A stretch of DNA of 64,000 nt from Candidatus Omnitrophota bacterium (GCA_043812495.1 JBDRMG010000018.1:7651-71650); one strand, 5' to 3'. Shown: positions 10,991-20,659, counted from the stretch's first letter. Notes: generated by a model from the sequence alone, not told the origin. Translations and numbers: made by a program.

Positions 10991-11317
10991 TTAACCCCCA
11001 TCACCCTCGGGTTTCTCCTGAGCAAAAACAATATCTTCTTCTTTGGTTTTCTTAACCTTCTCCTGCTCTTCCTGTTCGACCAGGACAATGCAATCATTCG
11101 CGAAGAATCGGATGACGCCGCCTCTAATCGGAACCGCTTCTTTCCAATCAATAATGATGCTGCCTTTCTGCAAGATACCCAAAACAGGATAGTGATAGGG
11201 CAGCAATTCATATTCGCCCGTATCTCCCGACAAGAAGACACTATGCACTTCGTTCTCGTAAATGAGCGCATCGGGTGTCATAATCGTTAATTTGAATGTT
11301 CCTTTGTATCGAGCCAT
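10991..11317 (-). CDS. atpC: F1 epsilon subunit, beta-sandwich domain plus short charged tail
   Basis: KLTIMTPD, GEYELLPYHYP and IRGG motifs; no C-terminal helical hairpin. Confidence 0.8.
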   Translation of the reverse strand: MARYKGTFKLTIMTPDALIYENEVHSVFLSGDTGEYELLPYHYPVLGILQKGSIIIDWKEAVPIRGGVIRFFANDCIVLVEQEEQEKVKKTKEEDIVFAQEKPEGDGG

Positions 11318-11325
11318 GTTAAGGA

Positions 11326-11620
11326 AATATTATAATTGCATTTGCTTGATCCCCGCCCGCCATTGATTCAGTGGCGGGCGGGGTCAAACCCAGCGGGGAA
11401 TCCCCGCCTTTATTTAAGGCGGGGAGGAGAGCAAATACCAGCAACAAAGTTGCTGGTCAAGCTCTGCTTGAAAAACAATTTATCAAGTACCACGGCTGTG
11501 GGTATCTATTTCGGTCATGCACTTATGTTTCCGTCAATTCGATAAAATCGAATTGACGAGACCTCGCTAAATTTTGAGAAAATGTGCGGGCACTATCGTT
11601 CCATAAGCGCGGGCCTCATT
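11326..11620. repeat. Modular palindromic intergenic element, copy B
   Basis: AATATTATAATTGCATTTGCTTGATCCCC ... GGCCTCATT ends; internal module CCGTCAATTCGATAAAATCGAATTGACGAGACCTCGC also present in copy D. Confidence 0.8.
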
Positions 11621-11662
11621 GATTAGTAAGAGTTCTTGTTGAGTAGCCTTTCTTTGCAATCG

Positions 11663-13204
11663 TCAGCTCCCTTTCGCCGTTGTCGCCTTATCCAGCGCAT
11701 CCTCCCCCACGCCAACTTCCTCGGCTTCCTCTTCTTCATCCTTGGGTCTTTTAGCTTCCGCTTCTTTAATGTAGTCTTTAATCACGCTCTCGAAACCTTT
11801 GGTGATTTCATCGTCTATTTTTTTTCTTTCGCGCAGGATCTTCAATAGATCCGGATTCTTTTTCTGACAAAAGGGCGCAATTTCATTCTGAAAGGCCTTG
11901 ACCTCGTCAATCGTCAATTGCAACAGAAGTTTCTTAGTGTAGGCATAAAGAACAAAAGCCAGTGCCTCCAGGGAAACCGGGCTATCTTTGTCTTGCTTGA
12001 TGATTTCAGTTAAAATTTCGCCTGTCTTCATCTGTTGCTGGGCTTCTTCGGACTGTCCGGATGATTTTAATTTAGAAACCCGCAATAATTCCCTGAATTG
12101 GATATAATCCAAACGCAAAGAACCGGTGAATTTCTTGATGACAGGCCATTGGACTTTACTTCCGACGCGAGAAACGGAAAGACCGATATCCACGGCGGGC
12201 TTCTGCCCTTCTCCGAAAAGCGGCGTGCTTAACATGATTTGGCCATCGGTCATCGAAATAAGATTCGAGGAAATATATCCCGTCAAATCTCCTTCTAGAA
12301 TTTCGACAATAGGCAAAAATGTCATCGAACCTCCTCCATGGTCTTGGTCCAAGAAGGCGGCTCGCTCAATCATCTTCGAGTGCAAGTAAAAAATATCTCC
12401 CGGATAAGAGTCGCGGCCGGGCGGACGTCCCAATAATAGAGAAATTTCACGATAACACCAGGCATGTTTAGTAAAATCGTCAAAGCCGACAATCACATCT
12501 TTTCCCTGATTCATAAAATGCTCGCCGATAGAACAGGCCACGTAGGGAGCCAAGTATTGTTGTCCGGGCGGACAGGAAGCAGTGGCCGAAACAATGATCG
12601 TGTACCTAAAGCACTCGTGATCTTGGAATAGCTGTACAACCTTAGCTAAGGATGATCTTGATTTTCCGATGCAGCAATAGATACAAACAACATTTTTTCC
12701 CTTTTGATTCAGAATAGTATCTGTAATAATTGTTGTTTTCCCCGTCATTTTGTCGCCAAGAATGAGCTCTCTTTGACCATAACCAATAGGGATCATGGTA
12801 TCCAATACCTTAATCCCAGTCTCTAAAGTTTTACACAAAGGAACTCGGGCCAAAATAGGAGGGGCATTAATAAAAATAGGCGCCATTTTATCATGCTCAA
12901 GAGGCCCTAAGCCGTCAAGCGACTCCCCCAAAGGATTGACAATCCGCCCCAATAATTTGTCGCCAACGGGAACAAGAAACGGCTCCAGAGAAGCGACCGC
13001 CTTATCACCAGTCTTGATCTTCTCTGTCTCCTTAACGATCAGAACCTGGGCCTCGGTCTCGTCAAAACCAATGATGGTTCCTTCTGTCCCATATCCAAAT
13101 TTGATGAGCTGTCCGCTGATGCAGTGTTTAAAACCCGTCACCACAACGATACATCCGCGGATACACCGGACCCGTCCAATCTCTGTATAACGTAAATCTG
13201 CCAT
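11663..13204 (-). CDS. atpA: Divergent F1-ATPase alpha subunit
   Basis: LLGRIVNPLG; ETGIKVLDTMIPIGYGQRELILGDKMTGKT; RPPGRDSYPGDIFYLHS; ISMTDGQI; GLSVSRVG with arginine finger. Confidence 0.9.
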   Translation of the reverse strand: MADLRYTEIGRVRCIRGCIVVVTGFKHCISGQLIKFGYGTEGTIIGFDETEAQVLIVKETEKIKTGDKAVASLEPFLVPVGDKLLGRIVNPLGESLDGLGPLEHDKMAPIFINAPPILARVPLCKTLETGIKVLDTMIPIGYGQRELILGDKMTGKTTIITDTILNQKGKNVVCIYCCIGKSRSSLAKVVQLFQDHECFRYTIIVSATASCPPGQQYLAPYVACSIGEHFMNQGKDVIVGFDDFTKHAWCYREISLLLGRPPGRDSYPGDIFYLHSKMIERAAFLDQDHGGGSMTFLPIVEILEGDLTGYISSNLISMTDGQIMLSTPLFGEGQKPAVDIGLSVSRVGSKVQWPVIKKFTGSLRLDYIQFRELLRVSKLKSSGQSEEAQQQMKTGEILTEIIKQDKDSPVSLEALAFVLYAYTKKLLLQLTIDEVKAFQNEIAPFCQKKNPDLLKILRERKKIDDEITKGFESVIKDYIKEAEAKRPKDEEEEAEEVGVGEDALDKATTAKGS

Positions 13205-13225
13205 AAATCCATTTGCTCCTAAGTG

Positions 13226-13234
13226 ATTATATCA
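13226..13234 (-). promoter_or_regulatory. Extended -10 promoter upstream of atpA
   Basis: Minus strand reads TGaTATAAT, then AGGAG RBS, then ATG at 13204. Confidence 0.55.
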
Positions 13235-13290
13235 TGGCCATTTAGAAATACTACGGCAAAATAAGAAAATACACCCCTCTTAAGGTTTTT

Positions 13291-14658
13291 TTAAGTTTTT
13301 TCTTCTTCAGGATTCTCTGCTGCCTTCACTTTCTTGATGGTCCCTCCGGCCTTAACGGCCAATTCCTCTCCCATGATTTGAGATTTTTTCCACCACGTAA
13401 AGAAGTGAATGGATGTAAAGAAGACGATAAAGATCAGGATGCCGTAAATAATTCTCCAGGTTGTGGTCATGGTCGGTTTTTTGCCGAAGATCGCTTCCGA
13501 AATAGCCGCGATTCCGCGCAAGGCCTGTAATTTCTGCAGGATATTCGTGACTTTACTATTCTCTAATTTTTCGAGTTTCTTGGCCTTGACCCGCGCCAAC
13601 AATAATTCGAGCTTATCGATTTCTTCTTGAACATCTTTGAACCGCTCTTGATTTGTTCGAAAAGCGCCGATATAACGGCTCATATTCTGACGATTTTGCT
13701 GCGTTTGCTGAATAAGATCAAGCAAATTAAGAATTCTGTCTGAGATAAAACTGGCTCCTCCCTCGTATTCTGAGCCCTCCATTTGCTTAACGATATCTTC
13801 CGTGTGCATGAGAAAGGCGTCAATTTTCTCTTGAGATATTTGCCAAATGTCTTTAATCTCAATGGTGTATTTCTTCTTCTCGTGGGGTCCAAGCTCCTCG
13901 CTTTTTGTTAAATAGGATTGTTGCTTTTCCTGGCTAAAGCGCATATCAAATCCTTGAAGCTCAATAATATGCTCGGCCCTCACTTCTTGAGGCAGAAAAT
14001 GTCTTTGGGTAAACGTTTTTTTCTCATCATAAGGATTCTCGATTTCAATCACAAACCGCACCGTTTGTGTTGTTTCTGTCGCGGGCCGCTGTTCCGATTT
14101 GAAGTAATCGGCAGAGAAGGCATTTTTTCTTATTTTCTCTATCGAATCCACGTTCGCGCGATATTCTTCGATGCGACGCTCGATATTATCCGAATAGTTG
14201 ACCTGCGAGGCAAGGATGCGATCAAGCTTATCGATCATATTTTGCCCTAAAATTCCTGCGCTGGCTTGATAATCCGTCCCTTGAAGTTGGGAAACATTCT
14301 CTTCGATCTGTGTCCTAAGAATGTCCACTTCTTCTTGGGTGATCCGCCAGACATCCTTGACTTCGATTTTAATCGTTTTTGATTCCTTGGGCTGAAGCTC
14401 AACAGTTCCAAAAAGAAAATATTGTGATTTATCTAAGTCGTAATCAAGTTCCAGCCCACCGCTATTAACGACATTATCGGGTGTTATTTCTTTAGGGAGA
14501 GGATATTTGATGGGTTCGGTTTTCGTTTCATCTGGTGAAGCGTTCACGGCAACCAAGTTAATATAGATATTGGCGTAAGTGACATGACTAAAGACAAAGA
14601 CGGAGAGCATGAAGAAAAAAGCAAGAATTGTGTGTTTAAAAAAGATATTTCTCAGCAT
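13291..14658 (-). CDS. Exported, C-terminally membrane-anchored protein with internal tandem duplication
   Basis: Signal peptide ending TYA; two ~165-aa repeats (LPKEI/LPQEV, ELQPKESK/ELGPHEKK, IEVKDVW/IEIKDIW); TM helix WRIIYGILIFIVFFTSIHFFTWW. Confidence 0.75.
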   Translation of the reverse strand: MLRNIFFKHTILAFFFMLSVFVFSHVTYANIYINLVAVNASPDETKTEPIKYPLPKEITPDNVVNSGGLELDYDLDKSQYFLFGTVELQPKESKTIKIEVKDVWRITQEEVDILRTQIEENVSQLQGTDYQASAGILGQNMIDKLDRILASQVNYSDNIERRIEEYRANVDSIEKIRKNAFSADYFKSEQRPATETTQTVRFVIEIENPYDEKKTFTQRHFLPQEVRAEHIIELQGFDMRFSQEKQQSYLTKSEELGPHEKKKYTIEIKDIWQISQEKIDAFLMHTEDIVKQMEGSEYEGGASFISDRILNLLDLIQQTQQNRQNMSRYIGAFRTNQERFKDVQEEIDKLELLLARVKAKKLEKLENSKVTNILQKLQALRGIAAISEAIFGKKPTMTTTWRIIYGILIFIVFFTSIHFFTWWKKSQIMGEELAVKAGGTIKKVKAAENPEEEKT

Positions 14659-14666
14659 AATAACAA

Positions 14667-17600
14667 TTATTCTCCACTTTCAAAATATGTTTTAACGACA
14701 ACGTCTTGTTTCTCGACAGACTCTTTAATGGCAGAAACTTTCACGATAATCTCACTAAGTTTATTGTCGATTTTCGCCGCATCGACAATTGCTCCGCTTT
14801 CAAAAGGTTGAACCTCAACGCCTTCGCCGACCAAACCCACAGCCTTGGCGCTCTCGTTGACAAAATTCGTCAATGTATCAATGATCTCTGCAGCCAATGT
14901 ATTGGATTCGACTTGACTTGCGGAAATCGCTTCTGCGGAAGTCCTCAATTCTGCCATGAGCTTTTGAATATTTCCGACCTTCTCATAAAAGACGTCGGCC
15001 CTCCCTTGAGCGCCGATTTCAGCGCGAATACCTTGGACCTCCTGCAAAACGGCGCCCGCATTGCTTTTGGCCGTATCGATATTATCCGCCATATCGCTTA
15101 AACCCGATAATGAACCAAAGATTGTTGTCGTGTCTGCATCGGCATCTGTTCCCATAAGCGTCTCGACATTTGAAACAGTTGTATCAATAGTATTAATAGT
15201 GCCGAAGAGCGTTGTTGAGCTTGTATCTGTTGAGCTTCCGACCGTTGTTGTCAGAGTACTTAAAGACGTCTTGATGAGTGTAATATCACTTGACAAATTA
15301 ACACCGCTAATATTATTCACAGCATCAAGCACACCGGCGATTTTTCCAAAAAGGGTATTGCTGGAGGACGTGTCGGTGGCCGCGCCAATTAACGTGTTCA
15401 TGTTTTGTACGCTTGTGAGAATGCTTGCGACATTGGCAACCAGAGCACGCGCATTGTCCGCAAGATAGGCGATGTCGCTCCAATTGACGTTCGCATTGCT
15501 CATAAAAGCAAGATCGCTCCAGTTAATCCCGGTCGTGCTTGACGCGCCCATGTCAGTCCAATTGATCCCGGTTCCCGACATATAAGAAATATCAGCCCAG
15601 TTAACCCCGGAATCGGTCATCACATCAATATCGGCCCAGTTGATGCCTGTGTCACTCATGGCATCGATATCGGCCCAGTTGATGCCCGCGTCAGACATCA
15701 CGCCAATATCGGCCCAGTTGATGCCAGCGTCAGACATAATATTGATATCATCCCAATTAATACCGCTTTCGCTTAAAACTTCGATATCTTCCCAATTGAT
15801 GCCTGCTGCGCTAAGATCGCGAATACTGGTCCAATTCACGCCTGCCTTGGTCAAGACATTGATATCTACCCAATTGACCCCTGTCTCACTTAAGACTTGA
15901 AGATCATCCCAGTTGATACCGGCTACAGATAACATCATCATGTCGGTCCAATTAATACCCGCTTGCGCTAATTCTCCCAAATTATCCCAATTAACTCCAG
16001 CCCCTGACATTTCATTAATATTATCCCAGTTGATGCCGGCAGAACTTAAATCATCGATACTTGTCCAATTTATCCCCTTATCAGACATAATCTGAATATC
16101 ATCCCAGTTGATTCCTTTGTCTGATAGGACATCAATATCTGCCCAGTTGATGCCGGCATCCGAAAGGACATCAATATCCGCCCAGTTGATGCCGGCATCC
16201 GACATGTCGTTGATGCTGGTCCAGTTGATGCCTTTATCGCTCAAGACATCGATATCCGCCCAGTTAATACCCGTGTCCGAGAGGACATCCAAGTCCGCCC
16301 AGTTGATGCCAGCATCCGACATGTCGTTGATGCTGGTCCAGTTGATGCCCTTATCCGAAAGCACATCGATATCGGCCCAATTGATGCCCGCATCGCTCAT
16401 GACATCTAAGTCTGCCCAGTTGATGCCGGCACCAGAAAGAACCTGCCAATCCGCCCAATTGACGCTGGCCTTGGTCATGATCTCCAGGTCATACCAATTT
16501 AGGCCTGCATCGCTCATAAGATCCAGGTCGTTCCAATTGACGCCGGCTGTGGTTAATTCAGCTAGATTATCCCAATTCACCTGCTCGGTCCAGTTGACAC
16601 CTGATCCGGTCATATAGGCTAAGTCGTACCAGTTGACCGCGGCCTCGCTCATATACTCGAGGTCTTCCCAGTTGATGCCGGCGTCCGAGAGGACATCCAA
16701 GTCCGCCCAGTTGATACCCGCATCCGAAAGGACATCGATATCCGCCCAGTTGATGCCTTTATCACTCATGACATCGATATCCGCCCAGTTGATGCCTTTT
16801 TCGCTCATGGTATAAATGTCTGTCCAGTTGACGCCGGCGGTGGTCAGGTCATAGAGGTCGTCCCAGTTGACACCGGCATCGGACATTTCCGCGATATCGT
16901 CCCAGTTGATGCCGCCTAAGGTCAACTCCTCAATATCGGTCCAGTTGATGCCTTCGGTCGTGAGGACGTTCAAATCCGTCCAGTTGACACCTTTTGTGGT
17001 CAAGACCGCCATATCGGTCCAATTGATGCCTTTTTTGGTCATGATTTGGATATCGTCCCAATTGGCCTTGTCGATTTCGGTATAAATCGCCGCGACTTGG
17101 GTGTTGATGTCCGTCGCGTAATCCAAGATTTGACCGATTTGTTTTGCCGCGGATACGTTTAATGCAAAAGAACCGCCGTAAGCGGTCGTACAGGTTATTG
17201 TTGGTTGCGCAAAATAGGTATAATCTTCATCGGCCGGCGTCCATCCTGAATAACTAAAAACATCCACGTCAAGATTCCGGTAAGTCATGCTTTTGTCATT
17301 GCAGCTACCGGAACAGCCGGTTGTTACGGCAAGCGTGTTTGGGTCAACAATATCTAATGTGGCTGAGCAGCCTGAAAGGTCTTGCGGTACACCGTTTTTC
17401 TCAAGCCAGGAAATCACATTGAACGCCCCTGCCGTATCTTCATAAATCAAATACCCTTTTATTTCATAGATATCCGTGCCGCCAGGATTATAGAAAATGT
17501 AAAACGTATTGGAATCGCAGGTAATGCTTGTATCAGTGCTCAAAGTCGCACGTAAACTATAATTAACACCAGGGTTATCTATATTGATTCCATCACCCGT

Positions 17601-18641
17601 AAAATCCGCCACGCCATCCACCAGATTCATGGAACAGGTGCCGCTGGTACAGACCGCGCCGGCATCCACAAGCGTGCCGTTGGCCGGATTATTTAAGATC
17701 GTAAAACTCATGGAATCATCCGACCACGTTCCTATGGAGATTGTTTCGGGATTATCGTTGTAAAGAGTGATAATAGGCTGGGGGGCAAAAGCGGTGTCTT
17801 CGATTGTATCGGGAATCGTGTTCCAACCGCAGCTAGCGGGTGTGGTATCCATCAACGGCGTCCAGGCCATAGCGCTCGAATAGGATAAGAAGGTATTGCC
17901 AAATGCGTAACATCCTGCCGGAAGGCACGAACAACTCAAACTATTGTCGTTTTGACTATAATCTCTTGCTGTGCTAAAGTTAAAGCTATTCCCATCTGAT
18001 TTATCGTCAAAAGGCCAATAGGCTTGAAGATTGGCAGGGCGTATTTGAAGGGGCATCCCCTTGATGTAGGATTTATAAAGCAAGCCAACATCTGTTGAAT
18101 TTAATTCTGTGTTCCAAATGGCTAATTCGGTTACCCGACCATCGAAAAACTGGCCAGCAGATCCGCTTTGACCAAAAGAGAGGGTGGTTGAACTAGTATT
18201 AACTGCTAATGAACAATTATTCGTTCCCTGGCTAACGCCATTGACATACCACGTAATGGTGTCTGGGGTTGCATCCACATCCCGAACGGCTACGATGTGT
18301 TGCCAAGCTGTTGTTGCTGTATATGAACTTGTGCAGTCTGCGCCATCTTGATGCATAAAAACGAGGTTTGCTAATCCGTCCCAGCCGATGCCAAAGTTAC
18401 CCGTTCTACCGGCCGCTGTTCCTTTAATGAGAACTGTTGTTGCGGAAGCCACGGTATCGGGTTCAATCCAAAGACTAATGGTCATGTCCCCTGCGATTTG
18501 AAGAGAAGCGTCGTTCGCTTCGGTGCAAGAGTCGGAACCGTCCATTTCAATCATAGCAAAGCATAGACGACTGCTTAGAAAAAAGGCCGTAGCGATGATT
18601 GAGATGCTAAGCCAAATTTTGAGATTTTTTGATTTGATCAC
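14667..18641 (-). CDS. Large secreted fibre/adhesin-like protein: LamG-type domain, 13-aa NW repeats, coiled-coil tail
   Basis: Signal peptide; LamG/ConA-like motifs (TISLWI, WQHIVAV, WYVNG, FDGRVTELAIWN); 42 NW repeat units; three GxxxD...T(L/I)FG motifs. Confidence 0.8.
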   Translation of the reverse strand: MIKSKNLKIWLSISIIATAFFLSSRLCFAMIEMDGSDSCTEANDASLQIAGDMTISLWIEPDTVASATTVLIKGTAAGRTGNFGIGWDGLANLVFMHQDGADCTSSYTATTAWQHIVAVRDVDATPDTITWYVNGVSQGTNNCSLAVNTSSTTLSFGQSGSAGQFFDGRVTELAIWNTELNSTDVGLLYKSYIKGMPLQIRPANLQAYWPFDDKSDGNSFNFSTARDYSQNDNSLSCSCLPAGCYAFGNTFLSYSSAMAWTPLMDTTPASCGWNTIPDTIEDTAFAPQPIITLYNDNPETISIGTWSDDSMSFTILNNPANGTLVDAGAVCTSGTCSMNLVDGVADFTGDGINIDNPGVNYSLRATLSTDTSITCDSNTFYIFYNPGGTDIYEIKGYLIYEDTAGAFNVISWLEKNGVPQDLSGCSATLDIVDPNTLAVTTGCSGSCNDKSMTYRNLDVDVFSYSGWTPADEDYTYFAQPTITCTTAYGGSFALNVSAAKQIGQILDYATDINTQVAAIYTEIDKANWDDIQIMTKKGINWTDMAVLTTKGVNWTDLNVLTTEGINWTDIEELTLGGINWDDIAEMSDAGVNWDDLYDLTTAGVNWTDIYTMSEKGINWADIDVMSDKGINWADIDVLSDAGINWADLDVLSDAGINWEDLEYMSEAAVNWYDLAYMTGSGVNWTEQVNWDNLAELTTAGVNWNDLDLMSDAGLNWYDLEIMTKASVNWADWQVLSGAGINWADLDVMSDAGINWADIDVLSDKGINWTSINDMSDAGINWADLDVLSDTGINWADIDVLSDKGINWTSINDMSDAGINWADIDVLSDAGINWADIDVLSDKGINWDDIQIMSDKGINWTSIDDLSSAGINWDNINEMSGAGVNWDNLGELAQAGINWTDMMMLSVAGINWDDLQVLSETGVNWVDINVLTKAGVNWTSIRDLSAAGINWEDIEVLSESGINWDDINIMSDAGINWADIGVMSDAGINWADIDAMSDTGINWADIDVMTDSGVNWADISYMSGTGINWTDMGASSTTGINWSDLAFMSNANVNWSDIAYLADNARALVANVASILTSVQNMNTLIGAATDTSSSNTLFGKIAGVLDAVNNISGVNLSSDITLIKTSLSTLTTTVGSSTDTSSTTLFGTINTIDTTVSNVETLMGTDADADTTTIFGSLSGLSDMADNIDTAKSNAGAVLQEVQGIRAEIGAQGRADVFYEKVGNIQKLMAELRTSAEAISASQVESNTLAAEIIDTLTNFVNESAKAVGLVGEGVEVQPFESGAIVDAAKIDNKLSEIIVKVSAIKESVEKQDVVVKTYFESGE
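15450..17066 (-). repeat. Coding tandem repeat with 39-bp period (G[IV]NWxD[IL]xx[LM]Sxx)
   Basis: 42 NW units counted in the translation, one of them shortened; recent 117-bp duplication (16201 vs 16318). Confidence 0.92.
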
Positions 18642-18665
18642 GATTATAGGAAATTCAATTTTTTG

Positions 18666-19232
18666 TTAATTGGTTGTGTATTCTAGCGAAAAGGCCCGGA
18701 GCTCCAAATCACCTGTGGCCGTATCATCGGCATCATCGTGGTCTCGATTGACTCTAATAATCACTAAATCATTAGCGGCCACGCTATCGGCATTGGTCAA
18801 TGTAATGCTGATTTCATCGATAATTCCTGCCGTCCCCGGAACAGCCGTTCCCCCTGAGACTTCATTGACCGCATCAAAGCTTGCCGTGTCCGGATCGCTT
18901 TCGCCAACTGTTAAGGCCATCACTTCCACTTCTAAATCTACATTACCGCTCGTGGCCGATGCCATCGTATAGATTAATTTGGCACTCAAGGCAGAAGAAT
19001 AATTGGTCGGCATACGGAACATCCATGTCGCGCTTTCTGTCTGTGTCGTTGAAAACAGCAAATTCCAAGACGCGCTTGTTCCGTCTATCCTTGCTGAGTT
19101 TGTTATATAAGAACCGTATATTCTTGCCGCATGAACCGGAAGGATCATTGTGCTCGTTGTTCCCGCAAAACTATTAATCGCTGGGGTCATCCATAAGAAG
19201 AAAATAACAAATAAAAAAAGTCTTTTTTTCAT
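18666..19232 (-). CDS. Secreted beta-rich protein, paralog 3 of 3
   Basis: Signal peptide ending SFA|GT; C-terminus DLELRAFSLEYTTN. Confidence 0.8.
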   Translation of the reverse strand: MKKRLFLFVIFFLWMTPAINSFAGTTSTMILPVHAARIYGSYITNSARIDGTSASWNLLFSTTQTESATWMFRMPTNYSSALSAKLIYTMASATSGNVDLEVEVMALTVGESDPDTASFDAVNEVSGGTAVPGTAGIIDEISITLTNADSVAANDLVIIRVNRDHDDADDTATGDLELRAFSLEYTTN

Positions 19233-19293
19233 TGATTCTCCTTAGCGCTATCCATTCTTTTTTTCATACAAAGATTCTTCCTAGAGCCATGCC

Positions 19294-19869
19294 TTATCTA
19301 TTTGATGTGTATTCTAAAGTCACTGCCCTCAGTTCTAAATCCGTTGTTGCCGTATCGTCACTATCGCTGGGATCTCTCTTGATTCTCAAACGGACCCAAT
19401 CATTGGCAGCCATACTATCGTCATTGGCTAACGAAATGCTTATCTCATCTAAGATGCCGGCTGTTCCGGGGACGGTTGTCCCCCCCAAAACTTCATTGAG
19501 AGAATCAAACTGAACGGCGGAGTCCGGATCGCTTTCATCATCGGAAAGGGCGTGCACATAGACCTCCATATCGACTTTTCCGCTTGTCGCTGATACCATT
19601 GTATACAATAACTTGATGACAGGAGCGGAAGAATAATCTTGCGGTAGAGCAAATATAAACTCGACTATTTCCCCCAATGATGTTCCATCAAATAACAGGC
19701 GCCAGGCTCCGTTTTGAGCATCCAGGTTGGGAAGATTTGTCATTCCATGAAATTTTGCGGCTTCGATGGGTAATATCAGCGTTGCTGTCGCTGTCCCGGC
19801 ATAAGCCGCTCGGTTAAAAAGACCCACCGATATCAATGTGAACATGAATAAAAAGATATAACGTTTCAC
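19294..19869 (-). CDS. Secreted beta-rich protein, paralog 2 of 3
   Basis: Signal peptide ending AYA|GT; C-terminus DLELRAVTLEYTSNR; AGGAG RBS. Confidence 0.8.
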   Translation of the reverse strand: MKRYIFLFMFTLISVGLFNRAAYAGTATATLILPIEAAKFHGMTNLPNLDAQNGAWRLLFDGTSLGEIVEFIFALPQDYSSAPVIKLLYTMVSATSGKVDMEVYVHALSDDESDPDSAVQFDSLNEVLGGTTVPGTAGILDEISISLANDDSMAANDWVRLRIKRDPSDSDDTATTDLELRAVTLEYTSNR

Positions 19870-19898
19870 GCGATCTCCTTATGTTTAATTCGTTATAT

Positions 19899-20489
19899 TT
19901 AATTCGTTGTATATTCCAATGAAAATGCTCTAAGTTCTAGGTCACTGGCGGAGGTATCATCAATGTCGTCATGATCTCTGTTGACTCTAATAATCACTAA
20001 ATCATTAGCGGCTACGCTATCGTCATTGGTTAATGTTATGCTAATGGTATCGATTTTCCCGAGTGTTGTCGGCACGGTTGTTCCTCCTGAGATCTCATTG
20101 ACCGCACCAAAACTCGCTGTGTCTGGATCGCTTTCGCCATCTGTTAAGGCCATGACTTCGACTTCCATATCTACTTTATTAGTCGTGGTTGACACCATTG
20201 AGTAAAGCAATTTAGCTGTTAATCCGGAGAAATAGTTTTGTGGCATCCGGAACTGCCACGCAGCGCTTTCGGTTTGAGTATCGTCAAACAATAATCTCCA
20301 TGACAAAGTTGAGTTATTGTCAATTCTTGCAGGATTGGTAATGAAGCTACCGTTGATTTTGGCAGTTTCAACGGGTAGAACAATGGTTGCGGTGGTCCCG
20401 GCGTATATACAACGCGCGGTGATTAAGAACAAAACATTAATTACTATTATTAAAGTTATTAAAGTAATCAATAGAATTCGTTTTGTCAC
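19899..20489 (-). CDS. Secreted beta-rich protein, paralog 1 of 3
   Basis: Signal peptide ending IYA|GT; C-terminus DLELRAFSLEYTTN; AAGGAGG RBS. Confidence 0.8.
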   Translation of the reverse strand: MTKRILLITLITLIIVINVLFLITARCIYAGTTATIVLPVETAKINGSFITNPARIDNNSTLSWRLLFDDTQTESAAWQFRMPQNYFSGLTAKLLYSMVSTTTNKVDMEVEVMALTDGESDPDTASFGAVNEISGGTTVPTTLGKIDTISITLTNDDSVAANDLVIIRVNRDHDDIDDTSASDLELRAFSLEYTTN

Positions 20490-20659
20490 AAACCCTCCTT
20501 ATCGATAATTATTAAGAATAATTTTTGTAAGGATCAACCAACGCCAATTGCCATACGAGTGAATAAGAGAAGCAGATTTTGCTTCCGGGTCTTTTGGCGA
20601 CCGCTCAAGATGGGAATAATAGAAATTGTCTTTGAATGTGGTTGGCCGCGCACAACGTA

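Noticed and set aside
10966-11271. 101-aa alternative-frame ORF as a possible missing subunit a
   Set aside because: It overlaps atpC and is short, basic and not multi-TM.
11336-11556. Short ORFs here, and similarly at 36624..36815 and 36994..37293
   Set aside because: They overlap repeat elements, the tRNA or the GIY-YIG gene and show no protein-like features.
15450-17066. 39-bp periodic repeats as a CRISPR array
   Set aside because: They lie in frame within a long ORF, vary mostly at synonymous positions, have no unique spacers, and no cas genes are nearby.
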